Source: a virus. Taken from it: DNA of 64,000 nucleotides. The DNA lies in the IMG/VR virus record IMGVR_UViG_3300046028_006919, positions 1-64,000 of that record; one strand, written 5' to 3'. Below the pieces are notes generated by a model that was given only the letters and a program-made list of their open reading frames with translations, made no database searches and was not told the DNA's origin. Both the position numbers and the translations under genes were made by a program. Positions 28,246-38,318 of the stretch are shown here, one piece after another; position 1 is the first letter of the stretch; the number at the start of each line of letters is the position of its first letter.

Positions 28246-28425
28246 TTATCGACAATAATAACTTTTTATTTTTGGTCGACCTTCAAACCAGCAAGTTATT
28301 TCACTATATCCATATGCTACATCGTTAACATAGTGCGAAGTTTCCCATGGTCGCCCATCATCACGATAGTCTTGAAATGGTCCATGTAGTTGTCCTTTTT
28401 CGTTTCTGGTATACTTATCTCGCAT
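28246..28425 (-). CDS. MORN-variant mini-protein unit 5
   Basis: MRDKYTRNEKGQLHGPF...YYCR*. Confidence 0.75.
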   Translation of the reverse strand: MRDKYTRNEKGQLHGPFQDYRDDGRPWETSHYVNDVAYGYSEITCWFEGRPKIKSYYCR

Positions 28426-28591
28426 AGTATTCTTCATCTTCAATATCGTTATTTTTGTTTCTCCATATAAAGTACCCATACTTTACACCATTAAGATAAT
28501 AACCTATATAGAAAGCAACATCGTTGGACCAATATTCTTCCCAATGTCCGTGTTTTCGTTGTAATTCGTTATAGGGTCTTTTATCTAGCAT
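28415..28591 (-). CDS. MORN-variant mini-protein unit 4
   Basis: MLDKRPYNELQRKHGHW...YYAR*. Confidence 0.75.
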   Translation of the reverse strand: MLDKRPYNELQRKHGHWEEYWSNDVAFYIGYYLNGVKYGYFIWRNKNNDIEDEEYYAR

Positions 28592-28820
28592 AATATTTTT
28601 CATCAATTTCTTTGGTGAATTTTGTATAAATAAATTGTTTAGAATAACCATGAGCTCTATCATTGATGTATGATTCCATAAAGTTAAAACCACCATCAGC
28701 AAAATGTTTTATCCATTGTCCGTGACGTTGCCCTTTTTTGTTTCTTGGTATAACATCATTTTGATAAACATATTTTCTAGGTTCTCCATTTTCGTTTTTT
28801 GGTTCTAAATTATCTGGCAT
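28581..28820 (-). CDS. MORN-variant mini-protein unit 3
   Basis: MPDNLEPK...NKKGQRHGQW...YYAR*. Confidence 0.75.
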   Translation of the reverse strand: MPDNLEPKNENGEPRKYVYQNDVIPRNKKGQRHGQWIKHFADGGFNFMESYINDRAHGYSKQFIYTKFTKEIDEKYYAR

Positions 28821-29004
28821 AATAATTATTATAATTTCCATCAATAGAACCTCTACCAAATCTCAAATGATGTCCAAATCGTTCACCGTTGATATATGGT
28901 CCAGAGAACCATAGCTCACCATTTGGTGAATATACTTCCCAATACCCATGACGACGATTTAGTTTGTTCTTGGGTCTCTTGCATTTTGGTTGTTTATATT
29001 GCAT
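28810..29004 (-). CDS. MORN-variant mini-protein unit 2
   Basis: MQYKQPK...RRHGYWEVY...YYAR*. Confidence 0.75.
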   Translation of the reverse strand: MQYKQPKCKRPKNKLNRRHGYWEVYSPNGELWFSGPYINGERFGHHLRFGRGSIDGNYNNYYAR

Positions 29005-29167
29005 AATAATGTTTACCTTTTGATTTTAAACCTAAATAATAACATTCATAGTACCCATGTCGAACAGAACCAACAAAAAAAGCTTTGTACCATAGTTGAC
29101 CACCATTGTAGTATAGTTCTCTATAGAAGCTTTTATCTGTTAATATTATTGTTTTATTTTTTTCCAT
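28994..29167 (-). CDS. MORN-variant mini-protein unit 1
   Basis: MEKNK...GGQLWYK...RHGYYE...YYAI*. Confidence 0.7.
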   Translation of the reverse strand: MEKNKTIILTDKSFYRELYYNGGQLWYKAFFVGSVRHGYYECYYLGLKSKGKHYYAI

Positions 29168-29232
29168 AGTTTTAAAAAGAAAACCACACACCAATTACTA
29201 GCGTGTGGTTTTCAAAGGGAATAAAAAATTTA

Positions 29233-30006
29233 TTATGATTGTGCTACTAACAGACCAAAGTATTGTTCTTTGGTTAGTGATACCATTTCACCTTCTGGTT
29301 TCACATCTTCATCCATTTCAGTAAGCAAGATATCACCTTGGCGTTTCAATGCTTTGATATGTGGAATGATGTTTTTGTGAACGACAAACGTTGATGCGAT
29401 TGCGGTAAGTGGGTCGTCTTTGTATTGGTCGTCAATCCATAACCAATGTTCTTTGTTGGTTGATGTGCACCAGCATTTTACTGCGTATAGTGATTCATCA
29501 AGACCTAACTTCTTGCCCTCGATTTCGTGAGTTTCGTAGATGTTGTCATATTCTTCAACGCCAGTGAAATTACCCTCAGCATCATATTGTCTATGATTAA
29601 CTTTGACACCATCAGTTTTGATTCTTTTGGCACCCAACTCATTAATCATTTGAGGGATATCGATTGACGAGAATACAAGAGCTTGAAACTCTCTACCATC
29701 TAACTCAAAAGATTCTTTGAAAGTAAACGGTTCCACTGTATCATACATTTCAGCAAGGCTGTCGAAGAATTTTACGGTTTTATCGTAATCCTCTTCTGAT
29801 ACTTCTTTAAGACCAGCGATTTTATGTTCTGGGTATCCGTTAAGAAAAATGTTTTTCTTTACATTGATGAAACGATTCATAAATCTTTCATAGTTTGTAT
29901 GAACACCTTTAAGGTATTTTACCAATTCAGTTGGGGTACAACCTACCATTTGTTCTGTGTCAGTTTCGAAGTAGACACCATTGAATGCTGTGAAAATAAT
30001 TTTCAT
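29233..30006 (-). CDS. DUF6745-like protein with C-terminal RQGD segment (paralog of 9435-10130)
   Basis: YDNIYETH...AVKCWCTSTNKEHWLWI...AIASTF...KRQGDILL...LTKEQYFGLLVAQS. Confidence 0.6.
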   Translation of the reverse strand: MKIIFTAFNGVYFETDTEQMVGCTPTELVKYLKGVHTNYERFMNRFINVKKNIFLNGYPEHKIAGLKEVSEEDYDKTVKFFDSLAEMYDTVEPFTFKESFELDGREFQALVFSSIDIPQMINELGAKRIKTDGVKVNHRQYDAEGNFTGVEEYDNIYETHEIEGKKLGLDESLYAVKCWCTSTNKEHWLWIDDQYKDDPLTAIASTFVVHKNIIPHIKALKRQGDILLTEMDEDVKPEGEMVSLTKEQYFGLLVAQS

Positions 30007-30068
30007 ATGTTATTGTTATTTAATTACTGTGCAAATATACTATATTGTTTTTATATGTGCAAACTTTT

Positions 30069-30524
30069 TTAACTATTTTTTATCAACTCAGCAATAAGTT
30101 TGCTTTTTTCCAAGATTGATAAGTCTTTTTTCTCTAACAATTTAATGGTTGTGTAAACCTTATATTGTTCTTCATCAAATTCAAAATTACCAGTTTCACT
30201 TAACCAATCAATTTTGGTTTGAATCAAATCAATTTTAGATTTCAACGAACTTTTTTCAACATCTAATTCTTCCAAAGTTATTGTTTTATCAATTTCATAA
30301 TCATAAACCCAACCAGAATCTCTACCGCAAATACTTTTGATATAATTTTTATTGCATTCAAAAGTTGAGGTGATGATAAACTCTTCGTTTTTGCCCATGT
30401 GAATGTTATTTGATGTTTGTTTACCCACTGGGGTACATTTTTTTAATTTAATTGTTTTTTCCATTTTTATTTTTACGTTAAAAAATTTAATAATATTGCG
30501 TTTTATTTTATTGTATGATTTCAT
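30069..30524 (-). CDS. Hypothetical protein
   Basis: ORF in operon. Confidence 0.55.
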   Translation of the reverse strand: MKSYNKIKRNIIKFFNVKIKMEKTIKLKKCTPVGKQTSNNIHMGKNEEFIITSTFECNKNYIKSICGRDSGWVYDYEIDKTITLEELDVEKSSLKSKIDLIQTKIDWLSETGNFEFDEEQYKVYTTIKLLEKKDLSILEKSKLIAELIKNS

Positions 30525-30808
30525 TACTCTATTGTTATTTTTGTTTTGTCATGGTATTGGTGAGCATCGTAGCCATCGATTCCATTTTTTTGGAAATCAG
30601 CATCGTTTAACCAATATACTTTACCATCATCTTTTGCACATTTAATGATGTGTCTGGAACCTGTGTTCCATATGGTATAATTGCCTTTGGGTAGTCTTTC
30701 AACGGTACCCATGTCGTTTTTATCTCTAGGAGCGTTGCAGTTAACTAGTGTTATCATCATTCCCAACGAGAATAGGAACACTATTGCAAATGTTTTAATT
30801 TCTTTCAT
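30524..30808 (-). CDS. Putative lipoprotein
   Basis: Signal peptide ending LVNC. Confidence 0.5.
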   Translation of the reverse strand: MKEIKTFAIVFLFSLGMMITLVNCNAPRDKNDMGTVERLPKGNYTIWNTGSRHIIKCAKDDGKVYWLNDADFQKNGIDGYDAHQYHDKTKITIE

Positions 30809-31619
30809 TATAATCGATTGTTTATAGTTAACACTTCAACCAACTCTGGTCTTGTTTTAGTTCTACATTGTGAGCATGTGCATTTTTCCCCTTCTCGGAA
30901 TCTACCACAACCAACATTGAATGTATAACCTTCTTTGATAGTTTCATCAAACCACCCAAAATCAATCCAGCGTTGTAAAGTTTTAGGGTTGCTTATTCTT
31001 GTTGTTCCTGAATAGTTTTCCATTATTGTTTTCTTATCATATTAATGATTTCTTGATTGCTTAAATAGTCTACTGAGCGAACATCGTCACCAATTAGTGC
31101 GTGGCTTCTACCCATGTTGTATGCTCTGTTTTTGATTGGTGAACCAAAATCATAGTCTAAGTTGTTATCCAATTCATCCATGAATCCATGCATGTAAAAA
31201 CCCAACAGTTCTTCATCTGAAACTGAGTTCGCTTGCTCAATTGATTCAAGCAAGCGTTCTTTGTTTTTGTCAGACGACATCAAGTGTTCAGTATCATCTA
31301 ATTCTTCAGCCATGGCTTAATTGTTTTTAAGGTAATGGTCGATGATTCTTTTAGACAATTTAATACAGTAGTTTACGTCTTCTTCTTCAATTGACCCAGT
31401 GGTTTCTTTTACCTTGCTCAAATGGTATTGAGTTGCTTGGTGGTTGAAGTCCATTAGTTGAACTAGATTGTCTTTTTGTTCTGACAGTTTCTCATTCTTT
31501 GAAACAAGGTTGTTGATATCTCTAGTGAGTCTATCTCTAAGGTCTTGTTCTGTTGGTTTTGGTTTATGTTTACCATTACCTCTTCTATCACTTTTTCTTT
31601 GGTTAGGATTCTCGCCCAT
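30808..31619 (-). other. Three small hypothetical genes (30808-31023, 31023-31313, 31317-31619)
   Basis: Abutting ORFs behind a promoter at ~31640-31670. Confidence 0.55.
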
Positions 31620-31676
31620 AATTATTATTTTTAAAGTTATACAAATATACTAATAAAAAATCAATCTTGCAATTTT

Positions 31677-34166
31677 TTATATTTTTTTATTGTCAATATA
31701 TTCACCAAACAGCATCATAATGTAACCAACAAATGGTGTTGGCAACGCCCACAAGAAGTTTAACCATGAGGTCCAAGTTGTTCCTTGTGTTATTAATGTA
31801 TATAATTGAAGAAACATACACGTTGCAAATGTAATACAAACTATCGTTAGTAGTACTAGAAACGCTCTAATCATTTTATTTTCCATGCTTTATGTATTTA
31901 CGTTTTAATTTAGTTTGTTGTTTGTTTAACACTATGATGTAACGTTGTCCGATACTGGTTTTATACACTTGGTATCTTACATCATTTTCATAATACCATT
32001 CGTTGGTATAAGAATGTTCATGTATTCTTTTTTCAACATCACAGGACAAAGATAACCAGAATAAACATAAGAATAAAAATATTTTTGTTAACAAATTGTT
32101 AATTCTCATATTAATAAAAATCAATTTTGTTTGCGAACATTTGAACCACAACGTTTTCTGGAATCTCATATTCTTCGATTTCGTTTGCTATGTCGTTTAT
32201 GTGACCAGCGATTCTGGTCAACGCTTTGTTGATAGGAACTGAATACTCTATGATACCTCTAAGACCATCAACGACAGTATCAAGGTCTAGGTCTTTAAAC
32301 TCTTTGGTTTCATTATCGTAATTGTCGTAGACTTCGTAGTGGATAACAGACTCAGGTTCATCTTTTGGAACCAAGTTGTATTGAATAGCAATTGGTCTAT
32401 TTGAGTTTTCAAGGTCAAATTCAATAAACATTGATACTATCAATATACCTAGATAAACTTCTATGGTACAATCACCATCAAAAGAAAATCTAAATTGTTC
32501 GTCGTTTAATTTATTGACTATGTCGTTAATCGTTGTCATTTTAGTTTGGTGTTATTTACCGTTAATACATTTAATATCCTTTACAACAAAATTAGTAAAC
32601 GCGTTAATGAAGAAAGACTCCTCAGCATCTTTAAGTTGGTAAGTAAAGCTAGTCCCATCAAGACCGTTTACATATTTGATTGAAGTTAGTGGATAATTTT
32701 TAAGAACATAAATGTCTGATACACTTGCATAGAAATTGGTAATTCCACCATATTCATCAATTATGTTGTATGCTTTTAACATAACTGTTTTTCTACCAGA
32801 AAAACGAATTATTAATTTATCAGTTTTGCTAGATTTTCCAATATTAAGTTTAATAACCGAAAAACCATTTGGTATTGGGTTGATTGTACTAGTTAGGTAT
32901 GTTGGTACCATAGCAAACCACTTAGTTTTAGTTTCATTGGAACAAATAAGCCCAGTTTTTGGTTGAAAAGTAGAACTATCCAAACAGTATTCAACAACAA
33001 ATTCTGATTGTTGTGAGTTGATATTTTGCGATACAAGTAATATCGTTAATAATGTGAATATTTTTTTCATAATTTAAAGTTGAGGGAATTCTAATAAGAA
33101 TTCAACACTATTCATATCATTCAAGGTAATCAACTTTGTTACAGTTGATGTATCTTGTTTGATGACGATGTGTTGAAAACGTTCGTATACTTTGTAGTCG
33201 ATAGCCTCAAACTCATGAATAAACCATCCATGGTCTTGTAGTTTTTGAATATCGTCTTTCGTAAACCAACGCCATAGTTGTTCTAGACTTTCGGTTGCAG
33301 ATAACCAACCCACAATTTCTGGGTCGAAATCCATAAGTAATTCATTGTTGGCACAGAAATTTAAATCCTCATGGATAAGCCCTGTGAAGTTACCTTTGTA
33401 ATCGTACCAAAGGCCTTGTAATGTGTGTTTATGACACACTCTGTAGAATTTCTTTTTCATAGTTAGTCGATTTCGACATATTGTAACTGATAAGAACATC
33501 CAAAGATGACATCTTGAATCAATACAAGTCTAAGTTCTAATTTTTTCATACCGTTTTTTGTTAATCTATAATATGCTGACGCTTCGTAAGTCATTGACTC
33601 ACCGCCCAACATAGATAAAAGTTTATTGTTGCTCATTGTTACTTTATTTAATAATGTAATCGTTGCCATACCATGAACTGGTTCTAACCCACATCACTTG
33701 TGGTTTATTCAAACTATCTTTCACATTTAGCTTCCAAATATATTCACTTTTGTGAACATAATTGAAAGGACTACCAATATTGGTCAATTGCCAATCTTCA
33801 TCAACTATAGTATAGTTATGGTCAGTAGTCCACTGATGAATTTCTTTTTGTTGGTTATTGAAATGGTTTACGTTAATTAACCACGCAATACATATAGCGA
33901 TAGGTATTAACACAAACACCAAATAAATTTTTATATTTTTCATTTTATTCGTCTTCTGGGTCCAATTCAGAACCTTCTTCGTAGGTTATTGGTGCATATT
34001 TTTGTTGAAACTCACGTTCATAGTCGTGTAGTGCTTTAAGTGCGGCACCACTATTCTGCCAATCTTCTGGAAAAGGTTTAGCTTTAGAACCAAAGCTTAC
34101 GATTTGTTGAGCAATTACTTTACCTGATTTGCTTCTTATAGTAAATTTGAAATCCTTTTTTGACAT
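31677..34166 (-). other. Operon of small hypothetical/membrane genes (31677, 31876, 32111, 32552, 33074, 33463, 33644, 33945)
   Basis: Overlapping or abutting ORFs; several with signal peptides or TM segments. Confidence 0.55.
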
Positions 34167-34417
34167 TTTAAATTGTTTTACAGTACAAAGATACTAATTA
34201 ATTTTGGATTACCAAATTATTTATCATCTTTTTCGTGTTCAACACCAAATATTTCCACTAATAGTTCAAAAAGACCAACAATAATAGCCATAGCTATTGC
34301 AAATAACAAAATTATAGCTTCTGGTGATATGATTAGTATTATTAGTAATATCAATAACCAAATCATAGTGTATCGTTTTTAAAGTATAACCAGTAAGGTT
34401 TATTTTCACTCATAATA

Positions 34418-34963
34418 TTACAATTTACCTTCTTGTCCTGATAAGAAATCCCCATCAACTTCTTTCCAATTATCTCTAATCCATCTAGCCACGTGAATAA
34501 AACCTGATTTGGCTTTGGTGAACTGTTCAGCAGTAAGACTGCCCTTCTCTGACACAATTCCAAAAGCAAATCTCAACCCATTGCTTAGCATCGCTTCATC
34601 ACTAAAGTTAAGCGTTTTTAACACTGGTGTGTTGTCTGGGTCTGGAACACTACCAACCTCTTGTAACGCTGACATGGCGTGGTCGTTTAATTTTTTAAAC
34701 AACTCTTGACCCTTTAATTTTTCAGCGACCTCTTTTAATTTGTCGCTTTGTACCACGATAGCCATTGGTTCAAATTCACCACCATTTTTCAAATTAGGAC
34801 AATCCTTGATTGTGAACCAACCCGTTTGGTTTTCTTTAGCGTATCTTGTATTGTTTGGATGCAACATCACTTGTTCAAAGTGTTGTTCATCACCATCTTC
34901 TACTTTATAACGTACTTCCCAAGTTCCCTTGTTGGAAATATATTGTCCATTTACTTTGCTCAT
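34418..34963 (-). CDS. Hypothetical protein
   Basis: 181-aa ORF. Confidence 0.65.
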   Translation of the reverse strand: MSKVNGQYISNKGTWEVRYKVEDGDEQHFEQVMLHPNNTRYAKENQTGWFTIKDCPNLKNGGEFEPMAIVVQSDKLKEVAEKLKGQELFKKLNDHAMSALQEVGSVPDPDNTPVLKTLNFSDEAMLSNGLRFAFGIVSEKGSLTAEQFTKAKSGFIHVARWIRDNWKEVDGDFLSGQEGKL

Positions 34964-34971
34964 ATTATTAT

Positions 34972-35442
34972 TTATTTAAACCATTCAGGTGTTTCTCGGT
35001 TTTTCCAAACCGCTATTTTTCTTTTCTCTGTTCTATAATATTCTCTATAGCTATCCACAGCATCACCAACCTTGCATTCATCTGGCATAGCCAAAACAAA
35101 TGGTGTTAAATCATCCATGTATTGTAATTTAGGTTTGTGTGTTAGACACCATTCAATTACATCTTGTGACTTATGTCTTTTCTCGTAACGATACGTGTAT
35201 TCTTTACATAATTCAAGACCTAAATCACAAAGCCAAATATAGTTTTCAATACATTCTCTGGCCCATATAGCGCTTGGGTGATTTTTATGTGATAGTTTAT
35301 AAGGAATCTCATAACCAGATTCTACTACGTGGTGAACACCACATAGCAATTGTGCATATTCAACTATCATCTTGGTACAATGGCGATTTACATGGTATTT
35401 TGCACATTTTTTAACATCTAAATCTAAAACGAATATGTTCAT
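34972..35442 (-). CDS. Pyrimidine dimer DNA glycosylase / DenV-like family protein
   Basis: MNIFVLD...HCTKMIVEYAQLL...HKNHPSAIWAR...LCKEYTYRYEKRHK...AMPD. Confidence 0.75.
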   Translation of the reverse strand: MNIFVLDLDVKKCAKYHVNRHCTKMIVEYAQLLCGVHHVVESGYEIPYKLSHKNHPSAIWARECIENYIWLCDLGLELCKEYTYRYEKRHKSQDVIEWCLTHKPKLQYMDDLTPFVLAMPDECKVGDAVDSYREYYRTEKRKIAVWKNRETPEWFK

Positions 35443-35671
35443 AATTTTAATTTTTATTATACAAAGATACTATTTTATTTTAAATTACAAAATTAATATC
35501 TATATTTTTTAAAAATATTTTCAGAATTTTTTGTTAATTTCACAATACCAGATAAAATTAATTCAATTATTTTTTGTTTTGTAACATAGCATACAACACA
35601 ATAGCTATTCTGTTTCTAAATTCAACTTTTGTTTTCATTTTGCTTATTTTAGTTATTAATTTAAAATACCG

Positions 35672-36469
35672 TTAGCTACAATGCTTTAAGTAGTTGTTTA
35701 AAATACCAAGTATGTTATCCGCACCTACGGGATTAGCAGAATGAACGTAAAATATAGGTAACGATTGATTGTTATCAATACAATAATCGACAAGCCATTT
35801 AGCACAATCCATTCCCGTTTTTTCTTGATAATTTTGTGCGTCTTGGTATTCTTTGCTAATTTGGTAATCGTGCCAGTATTCTTCGGGTGTATAATGTTCA
35901 TCCGCTAAATCGTGGTCAAAAGAAATTATCTTTGGTAATCCGTGTTTTTCAATCCATTGAACAAATTGCTCATAATTTAAAACCCAGTCAATTATTAGAT
36001 TTTCTTTTGGAACTCTACCCTCAATATTTATAAAAGGGTTTCTTAAATCATCGAGCCATAATATCCTATCCGCACTGTAGCTAACAGCCATTTGGCAAGA
36101 TTGGGTATCGGAATTTTCAACAGCACTAAAAATTTCATAGCTAGATTCGCGTTCAATTGGGTTCTCATCTGTTGATTTAGAAAACGACAACAACAAACGT
36201 AACTCAGCCAATTGGCTATAGTCCATTTTTTTTGAAGCTTTGCTAAGTTTAATACCATTACCATCGTCAACCATTTTTAGTAGCTTAGTGCCACGTAAAT
36301 CAAGTCTCCAGAATTCAGCATCTGAATAGAATAGTGTCAGGATTCTACAACCCTTTTTGTTCTTTGATTCCGTAATGGTGTATTCATGCTGACCATCCAG
36401 CATCACAATATATTTCTTTTCCATTTTTATAATTTTTAATAGTCGTCTTCGTAACCACAGGTTGAACAT
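35672..36469 (-). CDS. Cyclic-phosphate-processing receiver domain protein with N-terminal extra domain
   Basis: LWLDDLRNP...ISFDHDL...TGMDCAKWL...VHSANPVGADNI. Confidence 0.7.
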   Translation of the reverse strand: MFNLWLRRRLLKIIKMEKKYIVMLDGQHEYTITESKNKKGCRILTLFYSDAEFWRLDLRGTKLLKMVDDGNGIKLSKASKKMDYSQLAELRLLLSFSKSTDENPIERESSYEIFSAVENSDTQSCQMAVSYSADRILWLDDLRNPFINIEGRVPKENLIIDWVLNYEQFVQWIEKHGLPKIISFDHDLADEHYTPEEYWHDYQISKEYQDAQNYQEKTGMDCAKWLVDYCIDNNQSLPIFYVHSANPVGADNILGILNNYLKHCS

Positions 36470-37097
36470 TTGTAATATGTTTTGTGACTATCATTACCAG
36501 AGTAACGCATAAGACTTTCATCATCCTCATCTTTGTGGGTGCAAACATCTTGGAAACCTTCTATCGCTTTTGTGAAACCTTTAATTTGATTTGTAGTATC
36601 ATCATATTGATAACGTAACAAACCTATAGTTTCTGTTGCACATGTTGGGATTTCTTTACCTTTGTAAAATTTTTCTAACCCACCTAGCGCTTTCCAAATT
36701 TCTGATTGTTTTTCAACCAAATTTTGTTTCTCTTCTTGAAGTTTTTTAATACTTTCTTTCATATTTTTTAATTTAAACAAACCAATGGTAAGTCTTTAAT
36801 TTTAACAAACGATTTCATTTCCATTGAATCTAGAACTGACACCGCTATTTTTATGTTTTTAAAAACATAATCTAACTGAGTATCCATGAATTTCATTTCA
36901 CTAAGCATTTCTGGGGTTAAATAACCGTCTTCTTCTTCCGTTAACTTGATTTCATCCAAAGAATATTCTAAGTCTTCAGCAACTTCTAAAAGTCCTTCTA
37001 GGAAAACAACTAAGTCTCCGTATTTTTTCGTTTTTAAATGCTCAGCTGAAAATAATTTTGTGTTTATTGTGCTCATGATGTTATTATTTTGATGCAA
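36436..37097 (-). other. Two hypothetical genes (36436-36780 with coiled coil and Zn ribbon; 36768-37097)
   Basis: ORF track; CTH...CSTCG. Confidence 0.55.
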
Positions 37098-37157
37098 ATA
37101 TACAACTTATTTTTTAACTACCAAATTTTTTTTTAAAAAAATTGAGGGCCAATAAAA

Positions 37158-38318
37158 TTAGTCCTCAGGATTTTCTTCGTTAGCAACTGCCCACCATACA
37201 CAACCAACTGAAATCAATATAGTCATTATATAAACAAACCATAACTGACCAGATGTCGGCTCAAACGATAAGTAGTTAAAATCTTTGAATGATTTGTAGT
37301 GCCAGTGAGTGCTTATACCTTTCATATAAGCGTTGTAAAAGGCTTTCTCATCTTTAACTGGTGCTTCCATCAAATCTTCTCGAATGTCTATTAAAACTCG
37401 CTTATTATCGCACCATGAAAAAGGTTTAACCCATTCAATGTTACCTAAATTATCCAGACCAACGCAAACGATAATTTCATTCTGGTTCCCACCATCCCAA
37501 TACGCTTCTTGCTGGAACGCAGTACTGATATCTCGGTTCTTATAGAACAGTGTAAACACTTTTACTTTATATTTTCGACCATACGCACCATTTATATAAT
37601 CAAGGGTTTTAATGATTTTACCTTTTGATTTTGAATTTAAGTCTTTAATTCCGATAACACTAGATTGATAATTATAATCAACTACCTCTGGGTATTCATA
37701 TAAACCAGAAGTTTTGGCTTTTTCTTTTTCAATAGTTGGGTAATTAAACGCCGAGTGATTTGATTTTAAGATATTAGTAAAAGATTTAGTGTGTGTTGTT
37801 ATTATGGAAGTATTAATATCTCTATCCCAAAAAATTCTGTACATATCACCATCTTTACCACAACTACCACGATAATTAATATCTCGATTTAATTCAACAA
37901 ACTTAGGGTTAGATTTCCATTGTTTTATCAACGACTTGTACTTTGTTTCACTAATACTAATTTCGTTTCCATCAGAGTCAATCATAACATAATATTCTGA
38001 ATTGTAATCACAATAAGAACAATCATAATATACAGTATGTGTTGTTCTATGCTTACCAGTACCAGTGCTGTAGGTTCGACTACATGTTTTCTTAACCCAT
38101 GTTTGCCATGGCTCGTAATACCTAGCTTCGGTTACAATAAAACCGTTGTATTCCACATCTTCAAGTGTTATTGATTTCATTGTATAATACGATATAAGTA
38201 TAAACAACGCACTACCAGCAACTGGTATAAGAATTTCCCACCAAACTATTTTGTTTTTAAACAAAACCCATCCTATCACAGCGGCTAGGATGGGGATTAT
38301 AAGTGCATACCAAACCAT
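37158..38318 (-). CDS. Membrane protein (LemA-associated)
   Basis: Two N-terminal and one C-terminal TM segments; follows a LemA-like gene. Confidence 0.7.
   Translation of the reverse strand: MVWYALIIPILAAVIGWVLFKNKIVWWEILIPVAGSALFILISYYTMKSITLEDVEYNGFIVTEARYYEPWQTWVKKTCSRTYSTGTGKHRTTHTVYYDCSYCDYNSEYYVMIDSDGNEISISETKYKSLIKQWKSNPKFVELNRDINYRGSCGKDGDMYRIFWDRDINTSIITTHTKSFTNILKSNHSAFNYPTIEKEKAKTSGLYEYPEVVDYNYQSSVIGIKDLNSKSKGKIIKTLDYINGAYGRKYKVKVFTLFYKNRDISTAFQQEAYWDGGNQNEIIVCVGLDNLGNIEWVKPFSWCDNKRVLIDIREDLMEAPVKDEKAFYNAYMKGISTHWHYKSFKDFNYLSFEPTSGQLWFVYIMTILISVGCVWWAVANEENPED

Larger units (their letters stand above)
25239..29167 (-). repeat. Tandem array of 20 MORN-variant mini-genes joined by the junction motif TA(T/C)TATGCNAGATAA
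   Basis: Each unit: M-x-D-K-x-P-x-N-x-x-G-x-x-H-G-x-W-x-x-Y...Y-x-N-G-x-x-x-G-Y...Y-Y-A-R-stop; 17 stop/start overlaps. Confidence 0.9.

Noticed and set aside
25239-29167. CRISPR array or DGR interpretation of the periodic TATTATGCAAGATAA repeat
   Set aside because: The period is ~160-240 nt, the intervening sequences are homologous coding units, and the repeat varies at synonymous positions. No cas or reverse transcriptase gene is in the window, and no template/variable pair differing only at adenines was noticed.
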